Assembly (NCBI GenBank): GCA_963778655.1
Contig: CAVZVA010000010.1
Span: 768,001 to 832,000 of the forward strand
Source: an uncultured delta proteobacterium
Lineage (GTDB): Bacteria; Myxococcota_A; Polyangia; Polyangiales; JAFGIB01
Reading direction: 5' to 3'
DNA: 64,000 nucleotides
Under the pieces are notes generated by a model. It was not told where the DNA came from. It did no database searches and saw nothing but the letters and a program-made list of their open reading frames with translations. The translations under genes and the position numbers were made by a program. Position 1 is the first letter of the stretch; each line of letters opens with the position of its first letter. This document shows positions 10,168 through 20,028 of this stretch, one piece after another.

Positions 10168-11529
10168 TCAGGGGTCGGGCGCGTCCGGGTTGGGGCGGCG
10201 CTCGGCGTCGCGCACGATCGGGCGCGACAGCGTGCCGAGCGCGGGCCGCACCGAGATCACGCGCAGGAACAGCCGCGGGAGCTCGCGCCGCAGGCGCGCG
10301 CGCACCCCGCCCGCCATGAAGCCCAGCGCCAGCGCGCGCCCGCCCGCGGACAGCAGGAACAGCGTCTTGTACGGCAGCAGCACCTCGCCCCGCAGGTAGC
10401 CGCCGGCGAGCCCGCCGACCAGCTGGCCCGAGCTGCCCATGGTGCTCGCCAGCGACAGGAACTCCACCCGGCACTCCGGGCGCGCGCTGATCAGCAGCAG
10501 CTGGAAGCTCGCGTACTCCAGCCCGCCCCAGCCCAGGCCGCTCAGCACCTGCACCAGCGAGAGCCCGAGCACGCCGTCGAACACCACCCACAGCGCCGGC
10601 AGAAACACCACCACTACTCCGCTCGCCAGCAGCACCTTGCGCATGCCGAAGCGCTCCGACAGCGGATGCACCAGCGGCAGAAAGAGCGCCTTGACCACGA
10701 TCGGAATCGCGATCAGGCCGGCGTAGCTGGCGTAGTCCAGCTTGAGCACGCGCAACATGTAGGGCGTGAAGAACGGCACCGCGATGTTCGCCCCGAGCAT
10801 CAGCGCGGCCAGATAGGTCGCCACGCGGAAATCGGCGCTGTCGGCCGCGACGCGCACCGCCTGCAGGCTCTGGCGCACGCTGCGGGTGTGGGTCTCGATG
10901 TCCGGCTGCAACGCGAGCATTGCCGTGCTGGCCACGCGAAAGCCGAAGCCGCACAGCTGCAGCCAGGCGAAGGCGTGCAGCTTGGCGCTCTCGCTGGCGC
11001 CGGCCGCCTGCAACACCGCGCCGGCCGCGCCGAAGCCGCACAGCAGCGCCGCCTGCACCAGCGCCGCCCGGCGCGCGAAGTAGCGCTCGCGCTGCCGGCC
11101 CTCGGTCAGGTCGGCCATCCACGAGCTCCAGGGCGGGCCTACGATCAGCGCGCACACGTAATAGACGCATTGCATCGCCAGCAGCGGCCCGAGCGCGCGA
11201 ACGCCGCGCGCGGAGATCAGCGCGAGCCCGAGCAAGCTCAGCGCCTGCAGCCCCGCGCCCAGCACCACCACGCGCTTGCGCCGGCCTAGCCACGCGCCCA
11301 GCGGTCCGGCCAGCAGCTGGGTGGCCGAGCCCAGCAGCACCGGGACCGTGAGCAGCAGCGCCAGCGCGGTGTCGCGGTGGCCCAGCTCGACCGCCAGCGC
11401 GCCGAAGTAGCTCTCGCTCACCCCGACCATCAGCGCGTACAGGCCGCCGTCCAGGTTGGAGATCGACAGCGCGCGGCGCGCCCGCAGCTCGTGCTCGCTC
11501 GCTCGCAGGGCCGCTTGGTCGACGGTCAT
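10168..11529 (-). CDS. MFS transporter
   Basis: About 12 hydrophobic segments. PWSSWMADL..RERYFARR and SERFGMRKVL loops. Confidence 0.85.
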   Translation of the reverse strand: MTVDQAALRASEHELRARRALSISNLDGGLYALMVGVSESYFGALAVELGHRDTALALLLTVPVLLGSATQLLAGPLGAWLGRRKRVVVLGAGLQALSLLGLALISARGVRALGPLLAMQCVYYVCALIVGPPWSSWMADLTEGRQRERYFARRAALVQAALLCGFGAAGAVLQAAGASESAKLHAFAWLQLCGFGFRVASTAMLALQPDIETHTRSVRQSLQAVRVAADSADFRVATYLAALMLGANIAVPFFTPYMLRVLKLDYASYAGLIAIPIVVKALFLPLVHPLSERFGMRKVLLASGVVVVFLPALWVVFDGVLGLSLVQVLSGLGWGGLEYASFQLLLISARPECRVEFLSLASTMGSSGQLVGGLAGGYLRGEVLLPYKTLFLLSAGGRALALGFMAGGVRARLRRELPRLFLRVISVRPALGTLSRPIVRDAERRPNPDAPDP

Positions 11530-11676
11530 GACTGGAGCGCTTGAACGCGGGGCGGCTCAAGCTTGCCACGCCTTGGGGCGCTGATTCACTCGTCCAGCCG
11601 CGGGCCGTGCCCCGCTCTGCGCTATCTCTTCGCAGGGGCTCGCTTTTTCGTGGGAGCCCGCGCCGGCTTGGAGCCT

Positions 11677-11700
11677 CTACCTGTACATAGTTTCAGGTAG
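11677..11700. promoter_or_regulatory. Putative LexA (SOS) operator
   Basis: Perfect dyad CTACCTG-N10-CAGGTAG. Core CTGTACATAGTTTCAG has CTG-N10-CAG geometry and lies 17 bp upstream of a DNA-repair radical SAM gene. Confidence 0.7.
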
Positions 11701-11716
11701 CGCATAGGCTCATCGC

Positions 11717-12730
11717 ATGCGCGCGCGCAGCAATCCCAAGAACCGCTTCGAGGCCGCCGAGATCGCCTGGGACGAGGGCGAGGCGCCGCTCGCCTCGCTG
11801 CACGTACACGAGGAGCAGGCCAAGAGCATCATCAGCCAGAACGACAGCCCCGACCTGCCGTTCCGCTTCAGCATCAACCCCTACCGCGGCTGCCAGCACG
11901 CGTGCGCGTACTGCTACGCGCGGCCGAGCCACCAGTACTGGGGCTTCGGCGCAGGCACCGACTTCGAGCGCGAGATCATCGTCAAGCGCAACGCCCCCGA
12001 GCTGCTGCGGCAGGCGTTCGCCCGCCTGAGCTGGAAAGGCGAAGCGCTCACCTTCTCCGGCAACACCGACTGCTACCAGCCGCTCGAGGGGCGCTACCGC
12101 CTGACCCGCGCGTTGCTGTCGATCTGCCTCGAGCACAAGAACCCGGTCGCGGTGATCACCAAGAGCGCGCTGGTGTGCCGCGACCTGGAGCTGTTGTGCG
12201 CGCTCGCGCGCGTGGCCCGCGTCGCGGTCTTCATCAGCATCCCGTTCGCGGACGACGCGGGCGCGCGCGCGATCGAGCCGGGCGCGCCCGCGATCCACCG
12301 CCGCTTCGAGACGCTGCAGACCCTGTCCGAAGCGGGCCTGGTGACCGGCGTGGCGGTCGCGCCGATCATCGCCGGGCTCAACGACGGCCAGGTCACCCAG
12401 GTGCTGCAGCGCGCCCGTGACGCGGGCGCGCGCCACGCGTTTCACACCCTGCTGCGCCTGCCTGCCGAGGTGCAGCCGGTGTTTCTCACGCGCCTGCGCG
12501 AGGCGCTGCCCGCGCGCGCCGACCGGGTGGAGCACGCGCAGCGCGAGCTGCGAGGCGGCAAGCTCAACGACCCGCGCTTCGGCGCGCGCATGCGCGGAGC
12601 CGGCCCGCGCTGGCAAGCGATCGCAGAGCTGTTCGCGCTGCAGTGCAAGCGGCTCGGGCTCAACGCCGAGCCCCTCGCGGACGCTCCCAGCACGTTCGAG
12701 CGTCCCACTGCCCAGCTGCGCCTGTTTTGA
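11717..12730 (+). CDS. PA0069/Rv2578c-family radical SAM protein (spore-photoproduct-lyase-like, DNA repair)
   Basis: SINPYRGCQHACAYCYARPSH, TDCYQPLE, ITKSAL. C-terminal QLRLF resembles a clamp-binding motif. Confidence 0.9.
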   Translation: MRARSNPKNRFEAAEIAWDEGEAPLASLHVHEEQAKSIISQNDSPDLPFRFSINPYRGCQHACAYCYARPSHQYWGFGAGTDFEREIIVKRNAPELLRQAFARLSWKGEALTFSGNTDCYQPLEGRYRLTRALLSICLEHKNPVAVITKSALVCRDLELLCALARVARVAVFISIPFADDAGARAIEPGAPAIHRRFETLQTLSEAGLVTGVAVAPIIAGLNDGQVTQVLQRARDAGARHAFHTLLRLPAEVQPVFLTRLREALPARADRVEHAQRELRGGKLNDPRFGARMRGAGPRWQAIAELFALQCKRLGLNAEPLADAPSTFERPTAQLRLF

Positions 12731-12754
12731 GGCGCGAGCTCGGGCCCGCGCGCT

Positions 12755-14365
12755 TCAGCGCAGGTACACGCGGCTGTAGTCGAGCTCGTAGCTTAGCGGA
12801 AAGCTCGAGGCCGGCAGCGAGATGTCGACGGACGCCACGTCGGTGTGGCCCCAGCCGAGGTCGAACAGAAAGCTCAAGTCGAGCGCCTGTCCGCCCTGCG
12901 CACCGCCCAGCGTCCAGTGGATCGAGCCGCTCTGCACGACAATGCCGTCGTAGTACACCACGTAGGTGTCGTCGGCCCGGTACAGCCAGCTGAAGGTGTG
13001 CCACTGCCGCAGATCGCGCGCGCTCTCCGGCACGCCGGCGTCCGAGAGCCCGCCGGGCCAGCTGCTGTAGTCGATGCTCTGACTGCCGCCGACCGTGTCT
13101 GCGTGAAAGGCGTTCGGCGGCGGATAGATGTTGGGCGAGCCGAACGACTGCATCACGTCCATCTCGGCGCCGTTGTTCCACTGGTTGCCCGCGCTCCAGA
13201 AGGCGTACCAGTAGCCCGGCTGCGGCACCGGCATGCGCGCGCGGGTCTCCCACAGCAGATCCTTGCCGAGCAGCGCGCCGCCGTTGGGCAGCTTCCATCT
13301 TGCCACCAGGCTGCCGCAGCCGGCATTGTGCGCCGAGACCGAGATCGTGCTGTCCGCGCTGGAGAGCGGGCGCACGTAGGTCTTGAGCGAATCGGCCGTC
13401 CACTCGCGCATGGGCCGCGCCGGGTCCTCCACCGGCTGCATGTCGCCGGGCAACCCCAGCCCGCTCTGCGAGATCGCCGTGTCCGCCGTGGGCGCGACGA
13501 TCACCGCGCCGTAGTGCGTGCCATTGGCGATGGTGTTGAACTGGTCGTGAAACTGAAACTCCGCGCTCAACGAGGCCACGTCGGTGATCGTGCCGTTTGT
13601 GCCGAAATCCCAGTTCTTCACCAGCACGAATGGCGCGCCGCCGGCGTTGTCGGCTTCGGAAGGCGCGGGGCCGACCGCGGGCATCGCGACGTCGCCGGTG
13701 CCGATGGTCTGCCCGCCAGGCGGCACCGCGGCATCGGACTGGCTGGTACTGCCGATGGTGAGCGCCAGCGCGACCGATGCGCTGTGCATGTACGCCTGGC
13801 CGGGCGGGCTGTCCCAGCCCCACACCGTCCAGGTGGTCGCGCCCGGCGTGAGGCTCGCGGTGTCGATGTCGAGGCTGAACGAGCCGTCGCTGGTGGGCGA
13901 GGTCTGCGCCAGCGGAGGCATTTGATGGGTCGCGTCCCACACCTCGATGTTCTGGAAGGCTGCCGAGCGCCCGCGTACGGTCACGATGCCGTCGATGCGA
14001 TCGCCGTCGCCGGGCGCGTCGACCTCCAGGGTGTAGTCCGGCAGCGGCGGTCGCGCAGGGCCGGCATCGCTCGCGGCATCGCCGCCCGCCGCGCTCGTGC
14101 CGCCCCCGTCGCGCGGCAGGCCGCTGCCGATGCCGCCGCCGGCCGTGCGCGCCTCGCTCGACCCGGCATCGGTCGCCGCTGGCGTCGCCGCGTCCGCGCA
14201 GTCGCCGCGGCGGCAGTCGGTCGCCTCCACCGCGGTCGCATCCTGGCGCGCGCAGGCCACGAGCCCAGCCGGTGCCGCCAGCGCCCCGAGCAGCGCCAGC
14301 GCCATGCCCGACCTCGCGCGCAGCCAGCGCTCGCCCAGCGTGCCCACCGAATCCTCTCTCGGCAT
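12755..14365 (-). CDS. Lipoprotein with an Ig-like domain and a GH16-like jelly-roll domain
   Basis: Lipobox LVAC, APGDGDRIDGIVTVRG, WYAFWSAG..WNNGAEMDVMQSFG, WHTFSWLY, ELDYSRVY. Start uncertain (14365 or 14305). Confidence 0.65.
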   Translation of the reverse strand: MPREDSVGTLGERWLRARSGMALALLGALAAPAGLVACARQDATAVEATDCRRGDCADAATPAATDAGSSEARTAGGGIGSGLPRDGGGTSAAGGDAASDAGPARPPLPDYTLEVDAPGDGDRIDGIVTVRGRSAAFQNIEVWDATHQMPPLAQTSPTSDGSFSLDIDTASLTPGATTWTVWGWDSPPGQAYMHSASVALALTIGSTSQSDAAVPPGGQTIGTGDVAMPAVGPAPSEADNAGGAPFVLVKNWDFGTNGTITDVASLSAEFQFHDQFNTIANGTHYGAVIVAPTADTAISQSGLGLPGDMQPVEDPARPMREWTADSLKTYVRPLSSADSTISVSAHNAGCGSLVARWKLPNGGALLGKDLLWETRARMPVPQPGYWYAFWSAGNQWNNGAEMDVMQSFGSPNIYPPPNAFHADTVGGSQSIDYSSWPGGLSDAGVPESARDLRQWHTFSWLYRADDTYVVYYDGIVVQSGSIHWTLGGAQGGQALDLSFLFDLGWGHTDVASVDISLPASSFPLSYELDYSRVYLR

Positions 14366-14459
14366 ATGCCACAGTAGGCGCCGGCCTGCCCGATCGCGGC
14401 TCAAGAACGCAACGGGGCGCTCGCCCCCGGCTGCCCGCGCTCGCGCGCGGCGGCCGCGC

Positions 14460-15671
14460 TCAGCTCGGCACGTGCTCGAAGCGGATGCCCGCGGTCTGCA
14501 GCCGCGCGATCAGCGGCTCGCCCATTGCGACCGCGCTGGGGATGACCCCGTAGCGCTCCGGCAGCGCAGGCTCCAGCGCCAGGCACAGCGCGCACTCGGC
14601 CAGCATCTTGGCGGTCTCGCCGTATCCCGGGTCGCCGCCGCGCACCAGGCAAGAGACCCGCTGCTCGCCCGCCCGCGCCAGCACGCGCACCTCGAACCAG
14701 CCCTTGGCCCGCTTGCTCGCGTCCGGGCCCTCGCCCGGCTGCCTGATCCGCGAGAGCAGCGCGCGCGTCGGCTGCCATTGCGCCAGGGCGAACAGCGCGC
14801 CCAGGCCGCCCAGGCCGAGCACCAGCGTCGGCAGCCGTCGCACCGCCGCGTAGTGTCCGTACTCGAAGTCGCGCCCGTACTCCGGCAGCAGCCTCGCCGA
14901 GCGGCACACCACCTCCGGGTCGATGGTCGGCATCGGCACCGCCCAGGCCGCGATCTCCCTGCGGTAGGCGATCCGCAGCGGCGCCTGCCGGATCGTACGC
15001 CCTTCGCCCTCGGCCGCCCGCGCCGCCGCGCGCCGCTTGTGCGCGCGCGCGTGCTGCCGCTGCGTGCCCATGATCGACAGCGCCGACTGCCAGGTGCCGC
15101 CCGAGAAGTCGCCGCTCGCGCGCACGAACGCCTCGACCTTGACCGGCTCGCGTTCCAGCGTCCCGGGCGCAACCACGCGCGCGAGCTGGTGCATGGCGAA
15201 GCACACGCCGAGGTCGTGGGGCACGGAGTCGAAGCCGCACGCGTTCACGATCTTCGCGCGGCTCTGCTGCGCGGCCTGATGATGGCGCTCGATCATCGCG
15301 TCGACGAACTCCGGCTCGCCCGTGAGATCGACGTAGTGCGTGCCATTGTGCGCGCAGGCCTGCAGCAGCGGCTCGCCGTGCGCGGCGTAGGGCCCGACCG
15401 TGGTGGCGATCACGCGCGTGCTGCGCGCCAGCTGCTGCAGCGCCTGCGCGTCGTGCGCGTCGGCCAGCACGATCTCGATGCGCGCGGCCTCGGGGCTCAG
15501 CGTCGCGAGCCGCTCGCGCACGGCCAGCAGCTTGTCGCGGTTCCTGCCCGCCAGCGCCCAGCGCAGCGACCCGGCGGCCGCGCAGCGCGCCAGATACTCG
15601 GCGGTCAGCCCGCCGGTGAAGCCGCTCGCCCCGAACAACACCAAGTCGTGTGCGCGCGAATCGCCGTTCAT
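14460..15671 (-). CDS. Saccharopine dehydrogenase-like oxidoreductase (trans-acting enoyl reductase family)
   Basis: LFGASGFTG, ALAGRNRDKL, TTVGPY, HYVDLTGE, CGFDSVPHDLG, GDPGYGETAKML. Confidence 0.92.
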   Translation of the reverse strand: MNGDSRAHDLVLFGASGFTGGLTAEYLARCAAAGSLRWALAGRNRDKLLAVRERLATLSPEAARIEIVLADAHDAQALQQLARSTRVIATTVGPYAAHGEPLLQACAHNGTHYVDLTGEPEFVDAMIERHHQAAQQSRAKIVNACGFDSVPHDLGVCFAMHQLARVVAPGTLEREPVKVEAFVRASGDFSGGTWQSALSIMGTQRQHARAHKRRAAARAAEGEGRTIRQAPLRIAYRREIAAWAVPMPTIDPEVVCRSARLLPEYGRDFEYGHYAAVRRLPTLVLGLGGLGALFALAQWQPTRALLSRIRQPGEGPDASKRAKGWFEVRVLARAGEQRVSCLVRGGDPGYGETAKMLAECALCLALEPALPERYGVIPSAVAMGEPLIARLQTAGIRFEHVPS

Positions 15672-15753
15672 GGGATCAGCCGGCGCCGACGATAGGGGCG
15701 CTGCGCGCGAAAGTCGAGCACGACGCGTGCCCGCGCAGAGCCCAAGCGCGCGC

Positions 15754-16851
15754 TCAGTCGAAGGCCACGCCGAGCGAGAAGCGGCCCACCACGTAGATCG
15801 GATGGAAGCCGCCGTTGAGGTCGGCCACCTGCGACCCGGTGCGATCGAGCAGGATCTGCAGCTCGCTGCCGTCCGGGCAGCCCGAGGTCGCCGCCATCAC
15901 ACTGGCGCTGTCGCGGTTCACGAAGCAGCGCTCTTGCTGGTTGAGCTCGTAGCCCAGACCGATGCCGCCCGAGAGCGTGAAAAACCCGATGCGGGTGTGC
16001 GAGCCGATGAACAGGACCAGCTGGCGCTCGGTGTGCTTGACCCGATCGAACACGCCGCTGCCGTCCGAGGCCTTGTAGGTCAGCCCGTAGTTGGTGAAGT
16101 ACGCGCGCAGCACGTAGCCCTGCAGCGGCTTGCCCGAAAGCCAGAAGCCGGCGCCCAGGCTGGTGCCCGCGATCGGACCCAGGCCGTTGCTGTGCTGCGA
16201 GATCGGATCGGAGCGGCCTTCGAAATTGAACGCCGGCGGCCGCGCGTTGGCGATGAACACCGGAACCGCCTCGATGCTGATGAACTTCCAGGCCACCACC
16301 TCGAGCTCGAGCCCGAGCCGCCCCTCGATCAGCCAGTTGAAGGGATCGATGCGGATCGAGAACGGGGGATAGGGCTTGTGCTCGGGCTTAGGCCAGGCCT
16401 TGCTGGCGAAGTCCGGCTCGCTCGGCTCGCTCGGCTCGCCGGTCTCGCCGGTCTCGCCGGTCTCGCCTCCCGCTTCCACCTGTCCTTCGAAGTGCGGCAG
16501 CGCCTCGGACGCCGGCGGCGGTTGTGTGGGGGCCGGTGGCGGCGGCGGCTGAGATGGCGCCGGCACGGCCGTGCCGGCTGTCTCGGCCGGCGCGCCGGCG
16601 GCGGGGGCCGCGCCCGGTTCACCCCCCGCGGGCCCTGGCTCGACCTGCGCAGGTGGCGGCGGCGGCTCGGCCTGGGCGGGCGGCGGCGGCTCGGCCTGGG
16701 CGGGCGGCGGCTCGGCCTGGGCGGGCGGCGGCGGGGGGCTCTGCGCAGCGCTCGGTGCGGGCGGCGGCTCGCCCTGCGCGCGGGCTGCAGGCGCGCTCGC
16801 GCTTGCGGCCGCCAGCCAGACCAGCGCTACGACCGTGCTGCGGCGAAACAT
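15754..16851 (-). CDS. Secreted Pro-rich protein with a probable outer-membrane beta-barrel C-terminus
   Basis: Signal peptide, AQAEPPPP repeats, amphipathic strands and terminal SLGVAFD. Confidence 0.6.
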   Translation of the reverse strand: MFRRSTVVALVWLAAASASAPAARAQGEPPPAPSAAQSPPPPPAQAEPPPAQAEPPPPAQAEPPPPPAQVEPGPAGGEPGAAPAAGAPAETAGTAVPAPSQPPPPPAPTQPPPASEALPHFEGQVEAGGETGETGETGEPSEPSEPDFASKAWPKPEHKPYPPFSIRIDPFNWLIEGRLGLELEVVAWKFISIEAVPVFIANARPPAFNFEGRSDPISQHSNGLGPIAGTSLGAGFWLSGKPLQGYVLRAYFTNYGLTYKASDGSGVFDRVKHTERQLVLFIGSHTRIGFFTLSGGIGLGYELNQQERCFVNRDSASVMAATSGCPDGSELQILLDRTGSQVADLNGGFHPIYVVGRFSLGVAFD

Positions 16852-16914
16852 GCCGCGAGCATAGGCCCAAGCGCGCGCCCGTTGCGAGTTCCGCGTACGC
16901 CCGTAGGCCGCCGC

Positions 16915-17319
16915 TTAGAGCGCCGAGGCGAGCATCCAGGCGGCGATCGCGAGCAGCCCGCCCGCGAGCACCACCCAGAGCACGGCGTCGACGCGCGGCC
17001 CCGGCGGGGTGCTGCTGGAGCTGATCGGCCCGCCGGCTTTCGGCAGCTCTGCCCGCGGTTGCGGCGGCGGCGGCTGCCGCCGGTCGAGCTCGGCCAGCAC
17101 CTCTTGCGCGCGGCTCAGCACCCGCGTGTCGTCGTCGCGGCGAATCGAGACGTCCGCGGTTTCGAACAGGGCCTTCATCGCGTGGCCCACGAAGCGGCCG
17201 TCCGGCCTGGCTTGCGCTGCGGGCGCGGCCCGCGTCGCCGGAGGCGCCCCGCTCGAGGGGATCGGCTCTTCGCCGACGGCCTGCGGGCTCGGCCGCGCGT
17301 GCGTGGGCTTGTCCATCAC
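16915..17319 (-). CDS. Hypothetical protein with C-terminal membrane anchor
   Basis: High-GC3 ORF with a single C-terminal hydrophobic helix. Confidence 0.5.
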   Translation of the reverse strand: MMDKPTHARPSPQAVGEEPIPSSGAPPATRAAPAAQARPDGRFVGHAMKALFETADVSIRRDDDTRVLSRAQEVLAELDRRQPPPPQPRAELPKAGGPISSSSTPPGPRVDAVLWVVLAGGLLAIAAWMLASAL

Positions 17320-17698
17320 GATCGCTCGACATCATGTCCGAACAGCCGTGGTTTGCAATCGTTGCGGGGGACGAGATCCGTCCCGAAACATGGCAGTCCC
17401 GCGTCTCGTTCTCCCAATCTTGGTGGATCGACACCTACACGGCCCTTTACTTTCGCCCTTACTTGCGCAATGCGTGGACTCGGGGCCCGCGAGGGGCCGT
17501 CGCAATCCCAGCCGGTCGGGCGGGGGTTGGTTGCTGAGTCGCGACGGTGTGCGTGAAGTACCAAGATGATGTCGAGCACCTCTCTCCCCGCAGCGGGGCG
17601 CACTGCGGCGGCGGGCATGCATCGCTCGGTCGGGTTGCGCGCGCGGGGGGCCGGGTCATGGATGCCGAGTCGGGTCTGAGGTTAGCGAGGTACTAGAG

Positions 17699-19117
17699 GT
17701 GACGACCGGGATCTTGATCATCCACACCGACGCGCAACTCGAGGAAGCCAGCAGCCTGGTCGATCTGCTCGAGGCATCGCTATCGCTGCCTTCGGGTGCT
17801 ATCCGCTGCAGCTCGCTTCCGGGCTACGCGTGGCCCAATCGCAACGGCGGCCAGCCTCATCCAGATAGCTTCGCCGCGACGCTCGACGAGATCGGCGCGG
17901 CGATCGCGCTGGTCGATCGCGCGGCGCTGGCCGAGCCGCAGCTGATGTTCGATTTGGCGGCGGCCTGGGCGCGCGGCAAGCGCATCGCGTTGCTCGCGGA
18001 CCATGCCGAGCGGCGCCGCGAGCTGCCGCCGCAGCTCAGCAAGGCCACGCTGGTGGCACGCCTCGACCGCGCGGCGCTGGCCGATCTGGTCGAGGATCTC
18101 GCCTTCGACCTCGGCCTCAACCCGCGCCTGGGCAAGGACGCCCAGCGTGCGCTCAATGCGCTCAGCTCGGCACCGCCGCCCCCGCCTGCGAACGCCACGC
18201 CGGCGCCGAGCGAGGCGCCTGCGCGCGTACCAGCGCCTGCGGCCGCGCCAGCGCGTGTGCCGGCGCCCCCGACCAGGCCCGCGGCCGCGCCGATACCGGC
18301 GCGCACGCCCGCAGTCGCAACCATGCCCACGGCCGCGAGCGTGGCTGCCAGCATCGAGGACACCCCGCTGGAGCCGGCACCGGCGGTGGTCATTGCCGCG
18401 GCCATGCGCGACGACGATACCTTCGAGGAGGCCGAGCTGGAGCCGGCCGACGAGGCGTACGAGCCGTTGCGCAGCGAGCCGCCTCCGGCCGCGCCAGCGA
18501 GCGTGCCTGCGCTTGACCTCGAGGACGCCGCCGCCGACGACGCGGTCGAGCTGAGCGACGACGACGTCGAGCCGCTGCGCGAGCCGGCCGCGGAGAGCAA
18601 CGGGATCTCCTGCGGGCTATCGTTCGAGGCCGGCCGCGCGATCAGCGAGTGCTCATTTCACCGCGACGAAGGCGGCGACTTCGGGGCGCAGCTGGAAGCC
18701 TCGTTCGGCCGCTTCATCGACCTCGTCGGCGGCGACTGGGGCGAGCTCAGGCGCCTCAGCGATCTCGACGTGTGGTTGGGCGCGACCGACAACCTGCTCG
18801 AGTCGCTGCCGCCCGCAACCAAGCACCTCTCCGAGTGGTACGAAATGGGCTTCCAGTTTTCGACGCTGCGCAGCATCGCCGAGCAGGGCCTGCCGGCCGA
18901 TCCCGAGGAGCGCGCGATCTACGAGGAGCTCTGGGGCCAGTCGATGAGCGCCTTCCTGGAGTCGGCCGACAGCGCGCAGATCGCCGCGAGCGAAGCGGGC
19001 GAGCTTCGCTCCTCGCTCGAGAACCTGATCGGGCCCGAGCCGCAGCGCGACTACGCCAACCTCGCCCGCTCGCTGCAGCAGCTGCGCGCCCTGGCCGAGG
19101 CGGCCGACCGCGGCTGA
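17699..19117 (+). CDS. Protein with a degenerate N-terminal TIR-like domain, Pro/acidic linker and helical C-terminal domain
   Basis: ILIIHTD..LVDLLEASL..AIRCSSLPGY..LMFDLAAAWARGK matches the bacterial TIR pattern IFISHS..LIDLL..IRCTSVDGY..LFELGARW. Confidence 0.55.
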   Translation: MTTGILIIHTDAQLEEASSLVDLLEASLSLPSGAIRCSSLPGYAWPNRNGGQPHPDSFAATLDEIGAAIALVDRAALAEPQLMFDLAAAWARGKRIALLADHAERRRELPPQLSKATLVARLDRAALADLVEDLAFDLGLNPRLGKDAQRALNALSSAPPPPPANATPAPSEAPARVPAPAAAPARVPAPPTRPAAAPIPARTPAVATMPTAASVAASIEDTPLEPAPAVVIAAAMRDDDTFEEAELEPADEAYEPLRSEPPPAAPASVPALDLEDAAADDAVELSDDDVEPLREPAAESNGISCGLSFEAGRAISECSFHRDEGGDFGAQLEASFGRFIDLVGGDWGELRRLSDLDVWLGATDNLLESLPPATKHLSEWYEMGFQFSTLRSIAEQGLPADPEERAIYEELWGQSMSAFLESADSAQIAASEAGELRSSLENLIGPEPQRDYANLARSLQQLRALAEAADRG

Positions 19118-19229
19118 GCGCCCGACCGCGGTGCAGCGACCCCGGGCCGGTGCCCCTGGCGCGCGGGGATCGGCCTTCCCACATTGGTCTACATCGACTG
19201 TGCGTTAGCGAACGTACTATAATCTTACC

Positions 19230-19877
19230 GTGAGCCTGGCAGAAAACTTGGATCAGCTCCTTCGCGTCAACCTGGGCCCCAGTCGCGTGCTCGACGAAGC
19301 CGCGGGCTCGGAGGACACGTTCCTCACGCGCTACGGCGACACGCAGCTGCTGCTGGTCAAGCTGCAGGCGGGGCACGAGGCGCTCGAGTACGGGCTCGAC
19401 ACCAGCCAGCGCGTCGCCGCGCAACCGGTGCAGCCGAGCGTCCGCGTGATGGGCTTCGAGACGCAGATCCTCACCGACCAGCAGATGATCGAGCTGGATC
19501 TGAGCGAAGCCTCCGACAGCGTGCGCGTCGATCGGCTGCGCTGGCTGTTCAGCCACGATCGCTACTTCGTGATCGCGCTGCGCAAACGTACCGACGACCC
19601 GACCTTCCTCGATCGACTCTCGATCGGCCGCTCGCCCAACAAGGACGTCGTGCTGCGCCATCCCAACGTCTCCAAGTTCCACGCCTGGTGCGAGATGGAC
19701 GACCAGGGCACGTTGTACGTGGCCGACGCCGAGAGCACCAACGGCACCTCGCTCAACGGCCGCAAGTTGTCGCCGCGCGAGCTCACCCGCGTCAGCTCGG
19801 GCGACCACCTGCGCTTCGGCTCGGTCGAGTGCGTGGCCAGCGATCCGAGCGAATTCTGGCGCGCGGTCCGAGCGTAG
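19230..19877 (+). CDS. FHA domain protein
   Basis: SIGRSPNKDV, VSKFHA, DAESTNGTSLNG, GDHLRFG. TATAAT 6 nt upstream of the GTG. Confidence 0.9.
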   Translation: MSLAENLDQLLRVNLGPSRVLDEAAGSEDTFLTRYGDTQLLLVKLQAGHEALEYGLDTSQRVAAQPVQPSVRVMGFETQILTDQQMIELDLSEASDSVRVDRLRWLFSHDRYFVIALRKRTDDPTFLDRLSIGRSPNKDVVLRHPNVSKFHAWCEMDDQGTLYVADAESTNGTSLNGRKLSPRELTRVSSGDHLRFGSVECVASDPSEFWRAVRA

Positions 19878-19894
19878 CCAGCGCTGCGACCGAG

Positions 19895-19930
19895 GAATCA
19901 CAGCAAGGCGGGAAGGCGCGAAGACGGAGG
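19895..19930 (+). repeat. Family-B repeat half-site (ACAG[C/G]AAG..GGGAAG)
   Basis: GAATCACAGCAAGGCGGGAAGGCGCGAAG, similar to copies at 23848, 27581 and 40562. Confidence 0.55.
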
Positions 19931-20028
19931 GCTCTGATTGGAGCCCCGCCCGGCGGGGCGTTCATGTTCGGCCGCGCGTTCGCGTTCGAGCGCGCAACCG
20001 CGAGCGGCGCCCGGCCGATGCAGGGGGC

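Noticed and set aside
16410..16740. Short tandem DNA repeats
   Set aside because: They encode Pro-rich and GET/EPS linker repeats within a CDS and are not independent elements. The same applies to 22490-22530 and 40320-40420.
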